Assembly (NCBI RefSeq): GCF_000011325.1
Contig: NC_003450.3
Coordinates: 990,001-1,022,000, forward strand
Source: Corynebacterium glutamicum ATCC 13032
GTDB lineage: Bacteria > Actinomycetota > Actinomycetes > Mycobacteriales > Mycobacteriaceae
Direction: 5' to 3'
Length of the DNA: 32,000 nt
In this document: positions 9,938 through 18,621 of the stretch, one piece after another
How positions within the stretch are numbered: the first letter of the stretch is position 1
Layout of the letters: every line of letters begins with the position of its first letter
Position numbers and translations under genes: made by a program
Notes under the pieces: model-generated
Database searches by the model: none
What the model saw: the letters and a program-made list of their open reading frames with translations, nothing else
What the model was told of the DNA's origin: nothing

Positions 9938-9972
9938 CGGGGCACTTATACCCAAGCAAGCATAATGCCCCG
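9938..9972 (-). terminator. possible stem-loop terminator downstream of the MFS gene
   Basis: cggggca (9938-9944) pairs with tgccccg (9966-9972) across a 21-nt loop. On the minus strand only a short tttt tract follows, after 7 nt. Weak call. Confidence 0.3.
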
Positions 9973-10012
9973 AACCCCAAAACCTGCCTATTTGGGTGGA
10001 AAAGTTGTAAAA

Positions 10013-11242
10013 CTATCCGGCGGATACTTCCTTGAGGCCACGGGCGCTAATGGTTCCAAGCAGGCCAATTGCCGCCAAGAAGAGCAGTGCGGCTTCGTTT
10101 CCGAAAATTGCAATGAAGCCAGATAATGCGCCAACAATGAGCAAAACTACACCCATTAGTGTGTTGGCGTCGGCAACATAGCGGGTGCGCTGATCACCTT
10201 CAGCCATGTCCATTACATAAGTTTTGCGGGCCACGCGGATGGCGGTGTGGGCCAAGGTGATGAGGAAGAAACTCAACGGGAACACCAGCGTGTTGATCTG
10301 CGCGGGTGCAAACGCGGAGCTGAGCACCACGAGGATTAACACGATGGAACCGAATAGGGCACCGCCCGCCATGACGTTTTTGGAGGAATGATCCGACCAG
10401 ATTCCAGAGATTCGGCCACCAACCATGGACGCCAAGCCGGAGGCGATGAGGAAGAATCCCAAGGAGTCGATGCTGTTTCCGGATTCAGCGGCGAGTGCGA
10501 CGATGAAAGCCGTGGAGAGTGCTGTCACCAGCATCATTGAGCGAACCAGAACGAAACGTCGAAAAGCTTTATCATCTTTTAATGCGGCGATGCAGCGACG
10601 CACCCACGGGTTTGCGGAAGGCGCGTTTTTTGGAGTCGCTGGCTTCGCGTATTCGATGCGCGCGAAAACAATGGAGGCAAACAGCCAGCTAAACGAGCTC
10701 GCGATCACCACTGCGGCCAGCACCCTCGTCGGGGAATGCGAGCCCAAGAAAATAGCGATCGCCAGGCCTGCAACCAGGCCCATCACACCGCCAATCACCG
10801 TCGCGCGGCCCGTTACCAGCCCACGCTTGCCCTTGGAAATCACCTTGCCCTGAACATCCTTCGATGCAATCGAACACATCGATCGAAACAGCGACAGCGC
10901 CGCAAGCAGCACGATCACCGTGATGCCCAGCGCCCACCCACGCAAAAACAGCGCAGCCACGCCGATACCCAGCGCCGAGACGAACTGGCCGTTCGAGCCA
11001 ATCACCCAGACTTTGCTTCTCGACGTCTGCCTCAGCACCCAGCCAGTAATGGCAGCTTGCGGCAGCATCGATCCGGCTTCGCGGATTGGAACCAGAAGCG
11101 CCAGCAAAAAGCCCGGCGCGCCAGCGGCTTGCAGCAACCAGGGCAGGACTGTTTTGGCGGCAACGATTTGATCGCCGATGTTTTGCAGGCCGTTGGCCCA
11201 AATGAGGCGGCGTGCGTTGCGCTCCTCTGTGGGATTTGTCAT
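10013..11242 (-). CDS. MFS-type transporter, about 12 TM segments
   Basis: 409 aa, almost entirely hydrophobic helices with short basic loops. No specific substrate family recognised. Confidence 0.8.
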   Translation of the reverse strand: MTNPTEERNARRLIWANGLQNIGDQIVAAKTVLPWLLQAAGAPGFLLALLVPIREAGSMLPQAAITGWVLRQTSRSKVWVIGSNGQFVSALGIGVAALFLRGWALGITVIVLLAALSLFRSMCSIASKDVQGKVISKGKRGLVTGRATVIGGVMGLVAGLAIAIFLGSHSPTRVLAAVVIASSFSWLFASIVFARIEYAKPATPKNAPSANPWVRRCIAALKDDKAFRRFVLVRSMMLVTALSTAFIVALAAESGNSIDSLGFFLIASGLASMVGGRISGIWSDHSSKNVMAGGALFGSIVLILVVLSSAFAPAQINTLVFPLSFFLITLAHTAIRVARKTYVMDMAEGDQRTRYVADANTLMGVVLLIVGALSGFIAIFGNEAALLFLAAIGLLGTISARGLKEVSAG

Positions 11243-11325
11243 GGGTGAAAGCTTAGAAGAACTACACCGTTTGGTTGATATGATGTGGGGTGTTTATGAA
11301 AATTTGTTTGAGGGAGTGAAGGCGC

Positions 11326-12867
11326 ATGTTGTTGCCAGAGTTGAATCGTCGGACTTTTTTCAAAGGGGCCGGGGTGCTGGCAGCAACGGTGGTGGGTGCG
11401 CAGGTGCTGGTGGCGTGTTCCTCAGATGATGTGCGTGGTTATGGGGGAGAGCCGCGGACGTTGCCTATTCCACCAGCAGATTTAGGTACGCGTGAGGGAT
11501 CTAGCGTGCACTTTGCCCTGGAGGCTCAGACTGGGGAGAGTCAGATTTTGCCGGATGTCACAACGAAGACGTGGGGTTTCAATGGCACTCATTTGGGGCC
11601 GACGTTGGTGGTGAAGAAAGGTGATGACGTCCACGTTGATGTGATAAACAATTTGGATGAAATGACCACTGTGCACTGGCATGGCATGAAGTTGCCGGCG
11701 ATTGCTGATGGTGGTCCGCACTCACCGATCGGGCCTGGGCAGACGTGGTCACCAACGTGGACTGTGGCCAATGATGCAGCCACTTTGTGGTACCACCCGC
11801 ACACTCATGGCCTGACAGGTTTGCATGCGTACCGTGGTTTGGCGGGGATGATCATTGTGGAAGATGAAGCAACAGACAAGCTGGATCTGCCACGCGAGTA
11901 CGGTGTGGACGATATTCCGCTGGTTTTAATGGATCACCGCTTCTTAGAAGACGGTTCCCTTGATGAGGAAGACCTCCCCGATCTTGGGCTGTTGGGCGAT
12001 ACCCCCACTGCCAATGGCATTACCAATGCGCACTTTGATGCCACCACGCGCCGGGTTCGGTTCCGCGTGCTCAACGGCTCCAATATGCGGTTCTATAACT
12101 TGGCGTTTTCAGACACGCGCACCTTCCAAGTCATTGCCAGCGATTCCGGTTTGCTGGATGAACCTCAAGACCGCACCACCTTGGCTATTGGCCCAGGCGA
12201 GCGGTGGGAAATCGTCGTGGAGCTAGAGCCCGGCGAGGACGTCACCTTGGAATCTGTAGGTTTTGAGGACAACTACGGCGTCCCTGATGATGAGTTCGTG
12301 CCCGATTTCGGCATGTCAGATTCCTTCCAGCTGCTCACCATCACCGGCCCTTCCGATGATGCTGCGCAAGCACCTGCTTTGCCGGGCGTGCTGGTGAAAT
12401 CCACCGAACCTGACGTCATCGATGCCACTGAACGCACCTTCATCATGAACACCTTCTCCATCAACGATCTACAGATGGACATGCAGCGCGTTGACGTGGT
12501 GATTGACCATGACCAGCCAGAAGTGTGGATTGTCACCAACGACAACTCCGACTGGCCCCACAACTTCCATGTCCACGACGCCCGGTTTAAGGTGCTGAAA
12601 TTTGAAGGCACCGACGTAGAGCTCTTCAACGACGGCTGGAAAGACACCGTCGGCCTGCCACCGGGAGCAACCGCAACTTTAGCCGTGGAATTTGGCCACT
12701 ACCCAGACCCGCAATGGCCCTACATGTATCACTGCCACATGCTCTACCACGAGGATCAAGGCATGATGGGGCAGTTCGTCATCGTGGAGCCAGGCGACGA
12801 GCCGGCGGCGGTGCTGGGGTCGGGCACGGGCTCCAGCATTGACTCCGCCGGCGGACATGCGCACTAG
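11326..12867 (+). CDS. multicopper oxidase, Tat-exported lipoprotein
   Basis: Twin-arginine motif NRRTFFK followed by lipobox LVAC (Cys31). Copper ligand motifs HWHG, WYHPH, HNFHVHD and HCHMLYHEDQGMM. 513 aa. Confidence 0.92.
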   Translation: MLLPELNRRTFFKGAGVLAATVVGAQVLVACSSDDVRGYGGEPRTLPIPPADLGTREGSSVHFALEAQTGESQILPDVTTKTWGFNGTHLGPTLVVKKGDDVHVDVINNLDEMTTVHWHGMKLPAIADGGPHSPIGPGQTWSPTWTVANDAATLWYHPHTHGLTGLHAYRGLAGMIIVEDEATDKLDLPREYGVDDIPLVLMDHRFLEDGSLDEEDLPDLGLLGDTPTANGITNAHFDATTRRVRFRVLNGSNMRFYNLAFSDTRTFQVIASDSGLLDEPQDRTTLAIGPGERWEIVVELEPGEDVTLESVGFEDNYGVPDDEFVPDFGMSDSFQLLTITGPSDDAAQAPALPGVLVKSTEPDVIDATERTFIMNTFSINDLQMDMQRVDVVIDHDQPEVWIVTNDNSDWPHNFHVHDARFKVLKFEGTDVELFNDGWKDTVGLPPGATATLAVEFGHYPDPQWPYMYHCHMLYHEDQGMMGQFVIVEPGDEPAAVLGSGTGSSIDSAGGHAH

Positions 12868-12917
12868 GGGCGTGGGGCGGCGTCGATAAGCGAGATTTTT
12901 TAGCCCTTTAGAAGCCA

Positions 12918-12933
12918 CATGACATATGTCATG
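12918..12933. promoter_or_regulatory. 16-bp perfect palindrome catgacatatgtcatg, candidate operator upstream of the ABC-2/two-component operon
   Basis: Self-complementary over all 16 bp. The half-site tgacatatg recurs at 12964-12972, a 44-bp offset. It lies 74-89 bp upstream of the 13007 start codon. Confidence 0.45.
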
Positions 12934-13006
12934 AAAATTATGTGCAAAGTGCAGTAATACTCCTGACATATGGCTCTACCAGCGCCAATGCGAAGTAGGA
13001 AGAATT

Positions 13007-13933
13007 ATGCCTATGACAACGACACCAGCAATCGACGTAACAGACCTCGTGAGAACCTACGGCGACTACACCGCAGTCAAGGGCCTGAATTTCCATGTAC
13101 AGCGCGGTGAAGTATTTGGTCTGCTCGGCACCAACGGGGCCGGCAAAACCTCCACCTTGGAAGTCATCGAAGGACTTTCCGCACCCAGCTCCGGCACCGT
13201 GCGCATCTCCGGGCTTGACCCCGTTGCCGACCGCGCGATCCTGCGCCCCGAGCTCGGCATCATGCTGCAATCAGGCGGCCTGCCATCACAGCTCACCGTC
13301 GCCGAAACCATGGACATGTGGCACGGCACCTGCACGTATCCGCGCGCCATTAAAGATGTGCTTGCCGACGTCGACCTCCTACACCGCGAAAACGTCAAGG
13401 TCGGCGCGCTTTCCGGAGGCGAACAACGACGCCTTGATTTGGCCTGCGCACTGCTTGGCGACCCCTCAATTTTGTTCCTCGACGAACCCACCACCGGCCT
13501 CGACCCAGAATCTAGGCGCCACACCTGGCAACTCCTGCTGGACCTGAAACAGCGCGGCGTCACCATGATGCTGACCACCCACTACCTGGAGGAAGCCGAA
13601 TTCCTCTGCGACCGGATTGCCATCATGAACGCCGGTGAGATCGCAGTGGAAGGCACCTTGGATGAACTGGTGGCCCGCGAGAAGTCGATCATCAGTTTCG
13701 TGCTGCGTGGCGGGCAGGTGGAGTTGCCGGTCTTGAGTGGGGCTGAAATCATCCGCGACAACAACCACGTCCGCATCGCCACCACCACCCTGCAGCAGCA
13801 CACCTTAGAAATACTTACCTGGGCTGCAGAGACCGGGATCGCGCTGGAAGGCTTCGCTGCAAAACCCGCCACCTTGGAATCCGTATTCATGGACATCGCC
13901 TCACTCGAGAACACCTCGCTGCAAACCGCCTAG
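13007..13933 (+). CDS. ABC transporter ATP-binding protein (DrrA/ABC-2 exporter type)
   Basis: Walker A GTNGAGKTS, signature LSGGEQRR, Walker B ILFLDEPTTGLD and H-loop TTHYLEE. 308 aa. Confidence 0.92.
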   Translation: MPMTTTPAIDVTDLVRTYGDYTAVKGLNFHVQRGEVFGLLGTNGAGKTSTLEVIEGLSAPSSGTVRISGLDPVADRAILRPELGIMLQSGGLPSQLTVAETMDMWHGTCTYPRAIKDVLADVDLLHRENVKVGALSGGEQRRLDLACALLGDPSILFLDEPTTGLDPESRRHTWQLLLDLKQRGVTMMLTTHYLEEAEFLCDRIAIMNAGEIAVEGTLDELVAREKSIISFVLRGGQVELPVLSGAEIIRDNNHVRIATTTLQQHTLEILTWAAETGIALEGFAAKPATLESVFMDIASLENTSLQTA

Positions 13934-13952
13934 AATCTTTAAGGAGACCACA

Positions 13953-14786
13953 ATGACCACGTCACACACCGCCCGCGGCCTGCAACATGCAACCCCGGAG
14001 CGCCGCAAGACTTCATTTTTCAAAACCTCTCTGTTTAAGGCCGAATGGCTCCAGTTCCGCAGAAATAAAACCCTGTTGTTCATGGCCACCGTATTCCCAG
14101 TCGGAATCCCTTTGTTGCTCTTTCTCATCGGAAATGGTGGGGCAGCAGAGTCCGCGAACTCCTTCGACTACTTCGTCATGTACACCCTGCTATTTGTGCA
14201 GTTCTACACGGTGCTGTCCATGGCAACCACCCGCCGTGATGAACGTGTGCTGAAAAGGCTGCGCACGGGAGAAGCCCGCGACATCGATATCATCGGTGCC
14301 ATCTGTTTCCCCGGCGCGCTCCTCACACTGATCTTCACCGTGGTGATCATTCCATTGCTCATGGTTTTGGGAGCTCCCGCGCCCATCAACCTTGTGCCCA
14401 TTGTGTTTGCCGTACTGATCGGACTACTTCTTTGTAGTGCTCTTGCCTTGATGACCAGCGGTTTCACCCGAAACGCCGAAGCCGCACAGATGACCTCCAT
14501 GCCCGTGTTCATGCTTGCGATGGGTGGACTTGGATCAATCCGCTTCGTATTCGGCGACAGCATTGTGGCTGATATCTTGGCCTACACCCCATTCGCCGCG
14601 ATCAGTGACCTTGTCCAAATCGGCTGGGCTGGCGCCACCTTCGCCGACAGCGTTGGTGGAGTAGAGGCAGCAAACTTCGCTGGAATTTTCCAAGACATGC
14701 TCATACCACTTGGAATTCTGGCAGCGTGGACAGCTGCAGCGGTGTGGGCGGCGAACCGCTACATGCGCTGGGACTCGTACCGCTAA
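13953..14786 (+). CDS. ABC-2 type transporter permease
   Basis: 277 aa with about 6 TM segments. Strong RBS aaggag 8 nt upstream. It follows the ATPase gene by 19 nt. Confidence 0.85.
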   Translation: MTTSHTARGLQHATPERRKTSFFKTSLFKAEWLQFRRNKTLLFMATVFPVGIPLLLFLIGNGGAAESANSFDYFVMYTLLFVQFYTVLSMATTRRDERVLKRLRTGEARDIDIIGAICFPGALLTLIFTVVIIPLLMVLGAPAPINLVPIVFAVLIGLLLCSALALMTSGFTRNAEAAQMTSMPVFMLAMGGLGSIRFVFGDSIVADILAYTPFAAISDLVQIGWAGATFADSVGGVEAANFAGIFQDMLIPLGILAAWTAAAVWAANRYMRWDSYR

Positions 14787-14828
14787 GCCTGCAGCCGACG
14801 GGATTAAGGCAGCTAACATTGAGACACG

Positions 14829-16088
14829 ATGAATAAAGATTTCTGGACCGCAGGCTGGACCGCCCGCTGGTTTTCGCGCGGGGTTTCCCTTTTGGCCAGC
14901 CCAGTTACCGCCCCACTGAACTCTTGGCGGAGATTGCCTAACTTGGCCAAGTACACCCTCTACACCAGGGTGTCGTTGCAAGCGATCCCCGTGGTGTTGC
15001 TGTCGGCGTATTTCCTGGGCATCGTAGCTAATGCAGGCACCCTGAATCCCTCATTTGTGTGGCTGCTGGGTTTCTCGGTCATCCTTTTAATAGTGACGGT
15101 ATTGGTTTATGAATATCAGCCATCGCTGAATTCTCATCCTAGGCGCAGCGTACAGCCGTTCTTCTTCACCGGGTTGGTGCTCAACGTTTTAGGCGTTGTG
15201 GTGTCTGTGGTGCTTCAAATTCCGGGCTTAAACATGTCGGACAACACCCGAGCAACTGCCCTTATTTTCACTCTTACCTGCGTATTTCTGCTTTCGATCG
15301 CCTACATTCCGTGGATGAATTACCGATGGGTTTGGCTGATCGCAATGTCTGCAGTGTTGTGGTGGACCAGCACAACGACTGATTATTTAAGTGCATTGTG
15401 GGTGGTTATCCCGCCACTCATGGCAGGAACCGTCCGACTTTCCGTATGGACCGTCGATGTCATGAAAGAGGTTGAGCGTTCCCGCGAATTGGAAGCCTCC
15501 CTCCGCGTCACCGAAGAACGCCTTCGTTTCGCCCAGGAACTCCACGACACTTTAGGACAACACCTGGCGGCAATGTCCGTGAAATCAGAACTGGCGCTTG
15601 CCCTGGCGAAACGCGGCGACGACCGCCTCGAAAACGAGCTGCGTGAGCTCCAAAAACTCACCCGCACCTCCATGTCGGAAATGCGCGACGTCGTCTCCGG
15701 CTACCGCACCGTCAACCTCGCCACGGAAATCGAGGGCGCTAAAAGTTTGCTTGCCGACGCCCACATCCACCTTTCCGTCATCGGCACCACGTCCCAGGTG
15801 TCACCCGCTCACCGAGAACTGTGCGCGTGGCTTGTCCGGGAAGCCACCACAAACATTCTGCGCCACTCTGATGCAACGGATGCCACCCTCACGTTGAGCA
15901 GCACAGAGGTGCGCATGGACAACAATGGTGTGAACAAGGACATCGGCAGACTCTCTGGTCTCAGCGCCCTGCGCTCACGAGCGGAATCAGCCGGAATGAC
16001 GCTCATTGTGTCCCGCGAAGACGACCAGTTCAGCGTCCGCATGCTCATTAATGCACCTGCAAATACACCTGCAGAAAAGGAAGCTTAA
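14829..16088 (+). CDS. cgtS10: sensor histidine kinase, HisKA_3 (DesK/NarX-like) with multi-TM N-terminus
   Basis: H-box FAQELHDTLGQHL, N-box EATTNILRHS, and a hydrophobic N-terminal half. The symbol is from my recollection of C. glutamicum two-component system naming and should be verified. Confidence 0.85.
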   Translation: MNKDFWTAGWTARWFSRGVSLLASPVTAPLNSWRRLPNLAKYTLYTRVSLQAIPVVLLSAYFLGIVANAGTLNPSFVWLLGFSVILLIVTVLVYEYQPSLNSHPRRSVQPFFFTGLVLNVLGVVVSVVLQIPGLNMSDNTRATALIFTLTCVFLLSIAYIPWMNYRWVWLIAMSAVLWWTSTTTDYLSALWVVIPPLMAGTVRLSVWTVDVMKEVERSRELEASLRVTEERLRFAQELHDTLGQHLAAMSVKSELALALAKRGDDRLENELRELQKLTRTSMSEMRDVVSGYRTVNLATEIEGAKSLLADAHIHLSVIGTTSQVSPAHRELCAWLVREATTNILRHSDATDATLTLSSTEVRMDNNGVNKDIGRLSGLSALRSRAESAGMTLIVSREDDQFSVRMLINAPANTPAEKEA

Positions 16089-16700
16089 ATGATTTCCATT
16101 TCCATCGCCGACGACGAAGCCCTGATCGCAAGCTCCCTGGCAACCTTGCTCAGCTTGGAACCCGATTTAGACGTCCGACCTACCGCAGGATCCGGTGAAG
16201 AACTCATTGAAACGTGGGCGGATCCAAGCAACCGAACCGATGTATGCGTCCTTGACCTTCAACTCGGAGGCATCGACGGCATCGACACCGCCACCCGGCT
16301 CATGGAAACCACCCCAGATTTGGCCGTGCTCATCGTGACCAGCCACGCCAGGCCCCGACAACTCAAACGCGCGCTTGCAGCAGGTGTTTTAGGATTCTTG
16401 CCCAAAACATCCACCGCAGATGAATTCGCCACCGCAATCCGCACCGTTCACGCTGGACGACGCTACATCGACCCCGAACTAGCCGCCATGACGATCAGCG
16501 CCGGTGAATCCCCATTAACCAACCGTGAAGAAGAAGTCCTCGAACTAGCAGGCCAAGGACTAAGCGCCGAAGAAATTGCGGTGGCAGCGCACCTCGCGCC
16601 GGGAACCACCCGCAACTATTTATCCCAAGCTATGACAAAAGTAGGCGCGCAGAATCGCTTTGAAGCGTTCACGCGCGCCAGGGAATTGGGCTGGTTGTAG
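16089..16700 (+). CDS. cgtR10: response regulator, NarL/LuxR family
   Basis: Receiver domain (DDE...VCVLDLQLGG, K at LPK) plus a C-terminal LuxR helix-turn-helix (LTNREEEVLELAGQGLSAEEIA). Its ATG directly follows the kinase stop codon (TAAATG). Confidence 0.9.
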   Translation: MISISIADDEALIASSLATLLSLEPDLDVRPTAGSGEELIETWADPSNRTDVCVLDLQLGGIDGIDTATRLMETTPDLAVLIVTSHARPRQLKRALAAGVLGFLPKTSTADEFATAIRTVHAGRRYIDPELAAMTISAGESPLTNREEEVLELAGQGLSAEEIAVAAHLAPGTTRNYLSQAMTKVGAQNRFEAFTRARELGWL

Positions 16701-16730
16701 CTTGTGGCTTATCTCCTATTAAAGCTGGAG

Positions 16731-16865
16731 CTAGAAGGAGAGAACTGCCAGAACTGTGGAGCCTACGAAAGCTGGTACGAAAGTCTCACGTGGGAGACCA
16801 GTCATGTTTACCCAGTTGTTGGTGCTCCACTCAAACCAGTGGTTAACGATAGATACGATGTCCAT
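16731..16865 (-). CDS. small Trp-rich hydrophobic protein (44 aa; MDIVSIVNHWFEWSTNNWVNMTGLPRETFVPAFVGSTVLAVLSF)
   Basis: Codon usage is strongly of the type I associate with highly expressed C. glutamicum genes (ttc, aac, cac, cgt, cca, ggt/ggc, ctc, tcc). RBS aagga lies 10 nt upstream of ATG 16865. The overlapping + strand ORF uses rare aga/agg/ata/cta/tta codons. The longer 68-aa form starting at 16937 cannot be excluded. Confidence 0.5.
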   Translation of the reverse strand: MDIVSIVNHWFEWSTNNWVNMTGLPRETFVPAFVGSTVLAVLSF

Positions 16866-16997
16866 GAACCAAACTTCCTTTGTGTGAGGTGTATTCAGAG
16901 GGCCAGCCCCAAAATACATTGACCAGTAGTGCTTCACATCACACTATAAAACAGTTAGAAGCACCTAAACAGTTTTTCCGATAACTGTTGTCATTTT

Positions 16998-18155
16998 GTG
17001 ACCGCCTGGCTTTGTAGTTTTCCCTCCGGTGTCCAAGATGAATATGACATGATGAATGGCGTGGTACAGCCTCAGGAACATCTCGATGCAACGTTGATTG
17101 CTGCAGACTTCCACGGCAACCCCGAAAACTCTGGTGACCGCAAAGAGCGCCTGAATTTTCAAGGTTGGAAGTATGCCCTTAATCGCACGGTCAGGGATGT
17201 TTTTCCAGATGGCCTGCTCGATTTGGCGGCCTTGTTGACGTTCTTTTCCATTCTGTCGATCGCCCCTGCAGTGCTGCTGGGCTATTCGGTGATCACGATT
17301 TTTCTGGCCAGTGACTCCACCGAAATCCTCAACCTTGTCCGCGATGAGGTAAATCAGTACGTTCCGGAAGATCAATCCCATGTTGTCAACGGCGTGATTG
17401 ATTCGATCGCAGGCTCGGCAGCTGCAGGTCAGGTCGGTGTCGCGGTCGGTGTGATCACGGCATTGTGGACATCTTCGGCATATGTGCGCGCTTTTTCCAG
17501 ATGTGCCAACGCTGTTTATGGCCGAAGCGAAGGCCGCACATTGATCAAACGCTGGGCAATGCTGCTTTTCCTCAACCTTGCGTTGCTGCTTGGAATCATC
17601 ATCATTTTGGTCTCCTGGGTGCTCAACGAGACCTTGGTGATGGGAATTTTCGCCCCCATCGCGGAACCACTTCATCTCACGAATGTGCTCAGCTTCCTCA
17701 CGGACCGGTTCATGCCGATCTGGATCTGGGTGCGGTTCCCAGTGATTGTGGGGGTGCTCATCATGTTCGTGGCCACGCTGTATTACTGGGCCCCGAACGC
17801 CCGCCCGTGGAAGTTTCGCTGGCTCAGCCTCGGATCATTCTTGGCGATCGTTGGCATCCTGCTCGCAGGCGTGGGCTTGAATTTCTACTTCACGCTGTTC
17901 GCCGCTTTTAGTTCCTACGGCGCGGTGGGTTCGCTGCTCGCGGTTTTTATTGCGCTGTGGGTGTTCAACATTTGCTTAATCATCGGCCTGAAAATCGACG
18001 TGGAGATCAGCCGCGCCAAGCAACTGCAGGCAGGAATGCCGGCGGAGGATTACAGTTTAGTGCCACCACGCTCTATCGAGAAGGTGGCGAAAATGAAGCA
18101 GCGCCAGCAGCGCTTGATGGATCAGGCTGCGGCGATCCGGGAGGAAAGCAATTAA
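16998..18155 (+). CDS. YihY/BrkB family membrane protein (formerly called ribonuclease BN-like)
   Basis: Pattern DGLLDLAALLTFFSILSIAPAVL, about 6 TM segments, and a basic/acidic C-terminal tail. The start is uncertain: GTG 16998 or ATG 17049. Confidence 0.8.
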   Translation: MTAWLCSFPSGVQDEYDMMNGVVQPQEHLDATLIAADFHGNPENSGDRKERLNFQGWKYALNRTVRDVFPDGLLDLAALLTFFSILSIAPAVLLGYSVITIFLASDSTEILNLVRDEVNQYVPEDQSHVVNGVIDSIAGSAAAGQVGVAVGVITALWTSSAYVRAFSRCANAVYGRSEGRTLIKRWAMLLFLNLALLLGIIIILVSWVLNETLVMGIFAPIAEPLHLTNVLSFLTDRFMPIWIWVRFPVIVGVLIMFVATLYYWAPNARPWKFRWLSLGSFLAIVGILLAGVGLNFYFTLFAAFSSYGAVGSLLAVFIALWVFNICLIIGLKIDVEISRAKQLQAGMPAEDYSLVPPRSIEKVAKMKQRQQRLMDQAAAIREESN

Positions 18156-18222
18156 AAAATTGCTTATCGACGTCCCCCTCCACACACTTTTGCCCCTTTA
18201 AATACTTACACCTTTCCTATAG

Positions 18223-18238
18223 TGTGAAAGCTATCACA
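18223..18238. promoter_or_regulatory. CRP/GlxR-type binding motif tgtgaaagctatcaca (TGTGA-N6-TCACA)
   Basis: Both half-sites match perfectly with 6-nt spacing. The motif directly abuts a -10-like tatagt (18218-18223) and lies 21 nt upstream of ATG 18259. Confidence 0.5.
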
Positions 18239-18258
18239 GTAATAGGGAAGGATTAACC

Positions 18259-18534
18259 ATGAAGACTCGTCATCGGGCCCTCTTTGCGTGTATCGCGGCG
18301 GTTTCATTAGTGGCATCTCCCGGTCTTGCACCTACTGCTAACGCGCAGGATCGAGCACCAACTTCGACCGAAATCGCTGTCAACTCCACATATGGACTGC
18401 TTGATAACCCCATCACGGCACCGATTGGATTGTTTATTCTGCTGTCGTCCATGACCTGGCACTTCCTCATTTGGTGTCCCATTGGCCAGAGTTCAGGATT
18501 CATTGATCCGTACTCAGGAGAGTGTACGTTCTAG
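18259..18534 (+). CDS. small secreted/membrane-associated hypothetical protein
   Basis: Signal peptide MKTRHRALFACIAAVSLVASPGLAPTANA|QD and a hydrophobic C-terminal stretch. RBS gggaagga. 91 aa. Confidence 0.65.
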   Translation: MKTRHRALFACIAAVSLVASPGLAPTANAQDRAPTSTEIAVNSTYGLLDNPITAPIGLFILLSSMTWHFLIWCPIGQSSGFIDPYSGECTF

Positions 18535-18621
18535 CCTTTGTTGTTCTTATCAAACAATTGTTTTAAGTCAGTGTTACCTAAGTTAGGCTGTTGGGAATTG
18601 AACTGACACATAGACAGGGTT

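Noticed and set aside
16704-16922. 72-aa + strand ORF directly after the response regulator gene
   Set aside because: It is rich in rare codons (aga, agg, ata, cta, tta). The opposite strand has an RBS and strongly biased codon usage, so I called the minus-strand micro-ORF instead.
18551-18562. 12-bp palindrome aaacaattgttt and nearby short inverted repeats between the secreted-protein gene and the ABC exporter
   Set aside because: It is AT-only and has no loop, so it cannot form a terminator hairpin. It is too short to call an operator without conservation data.
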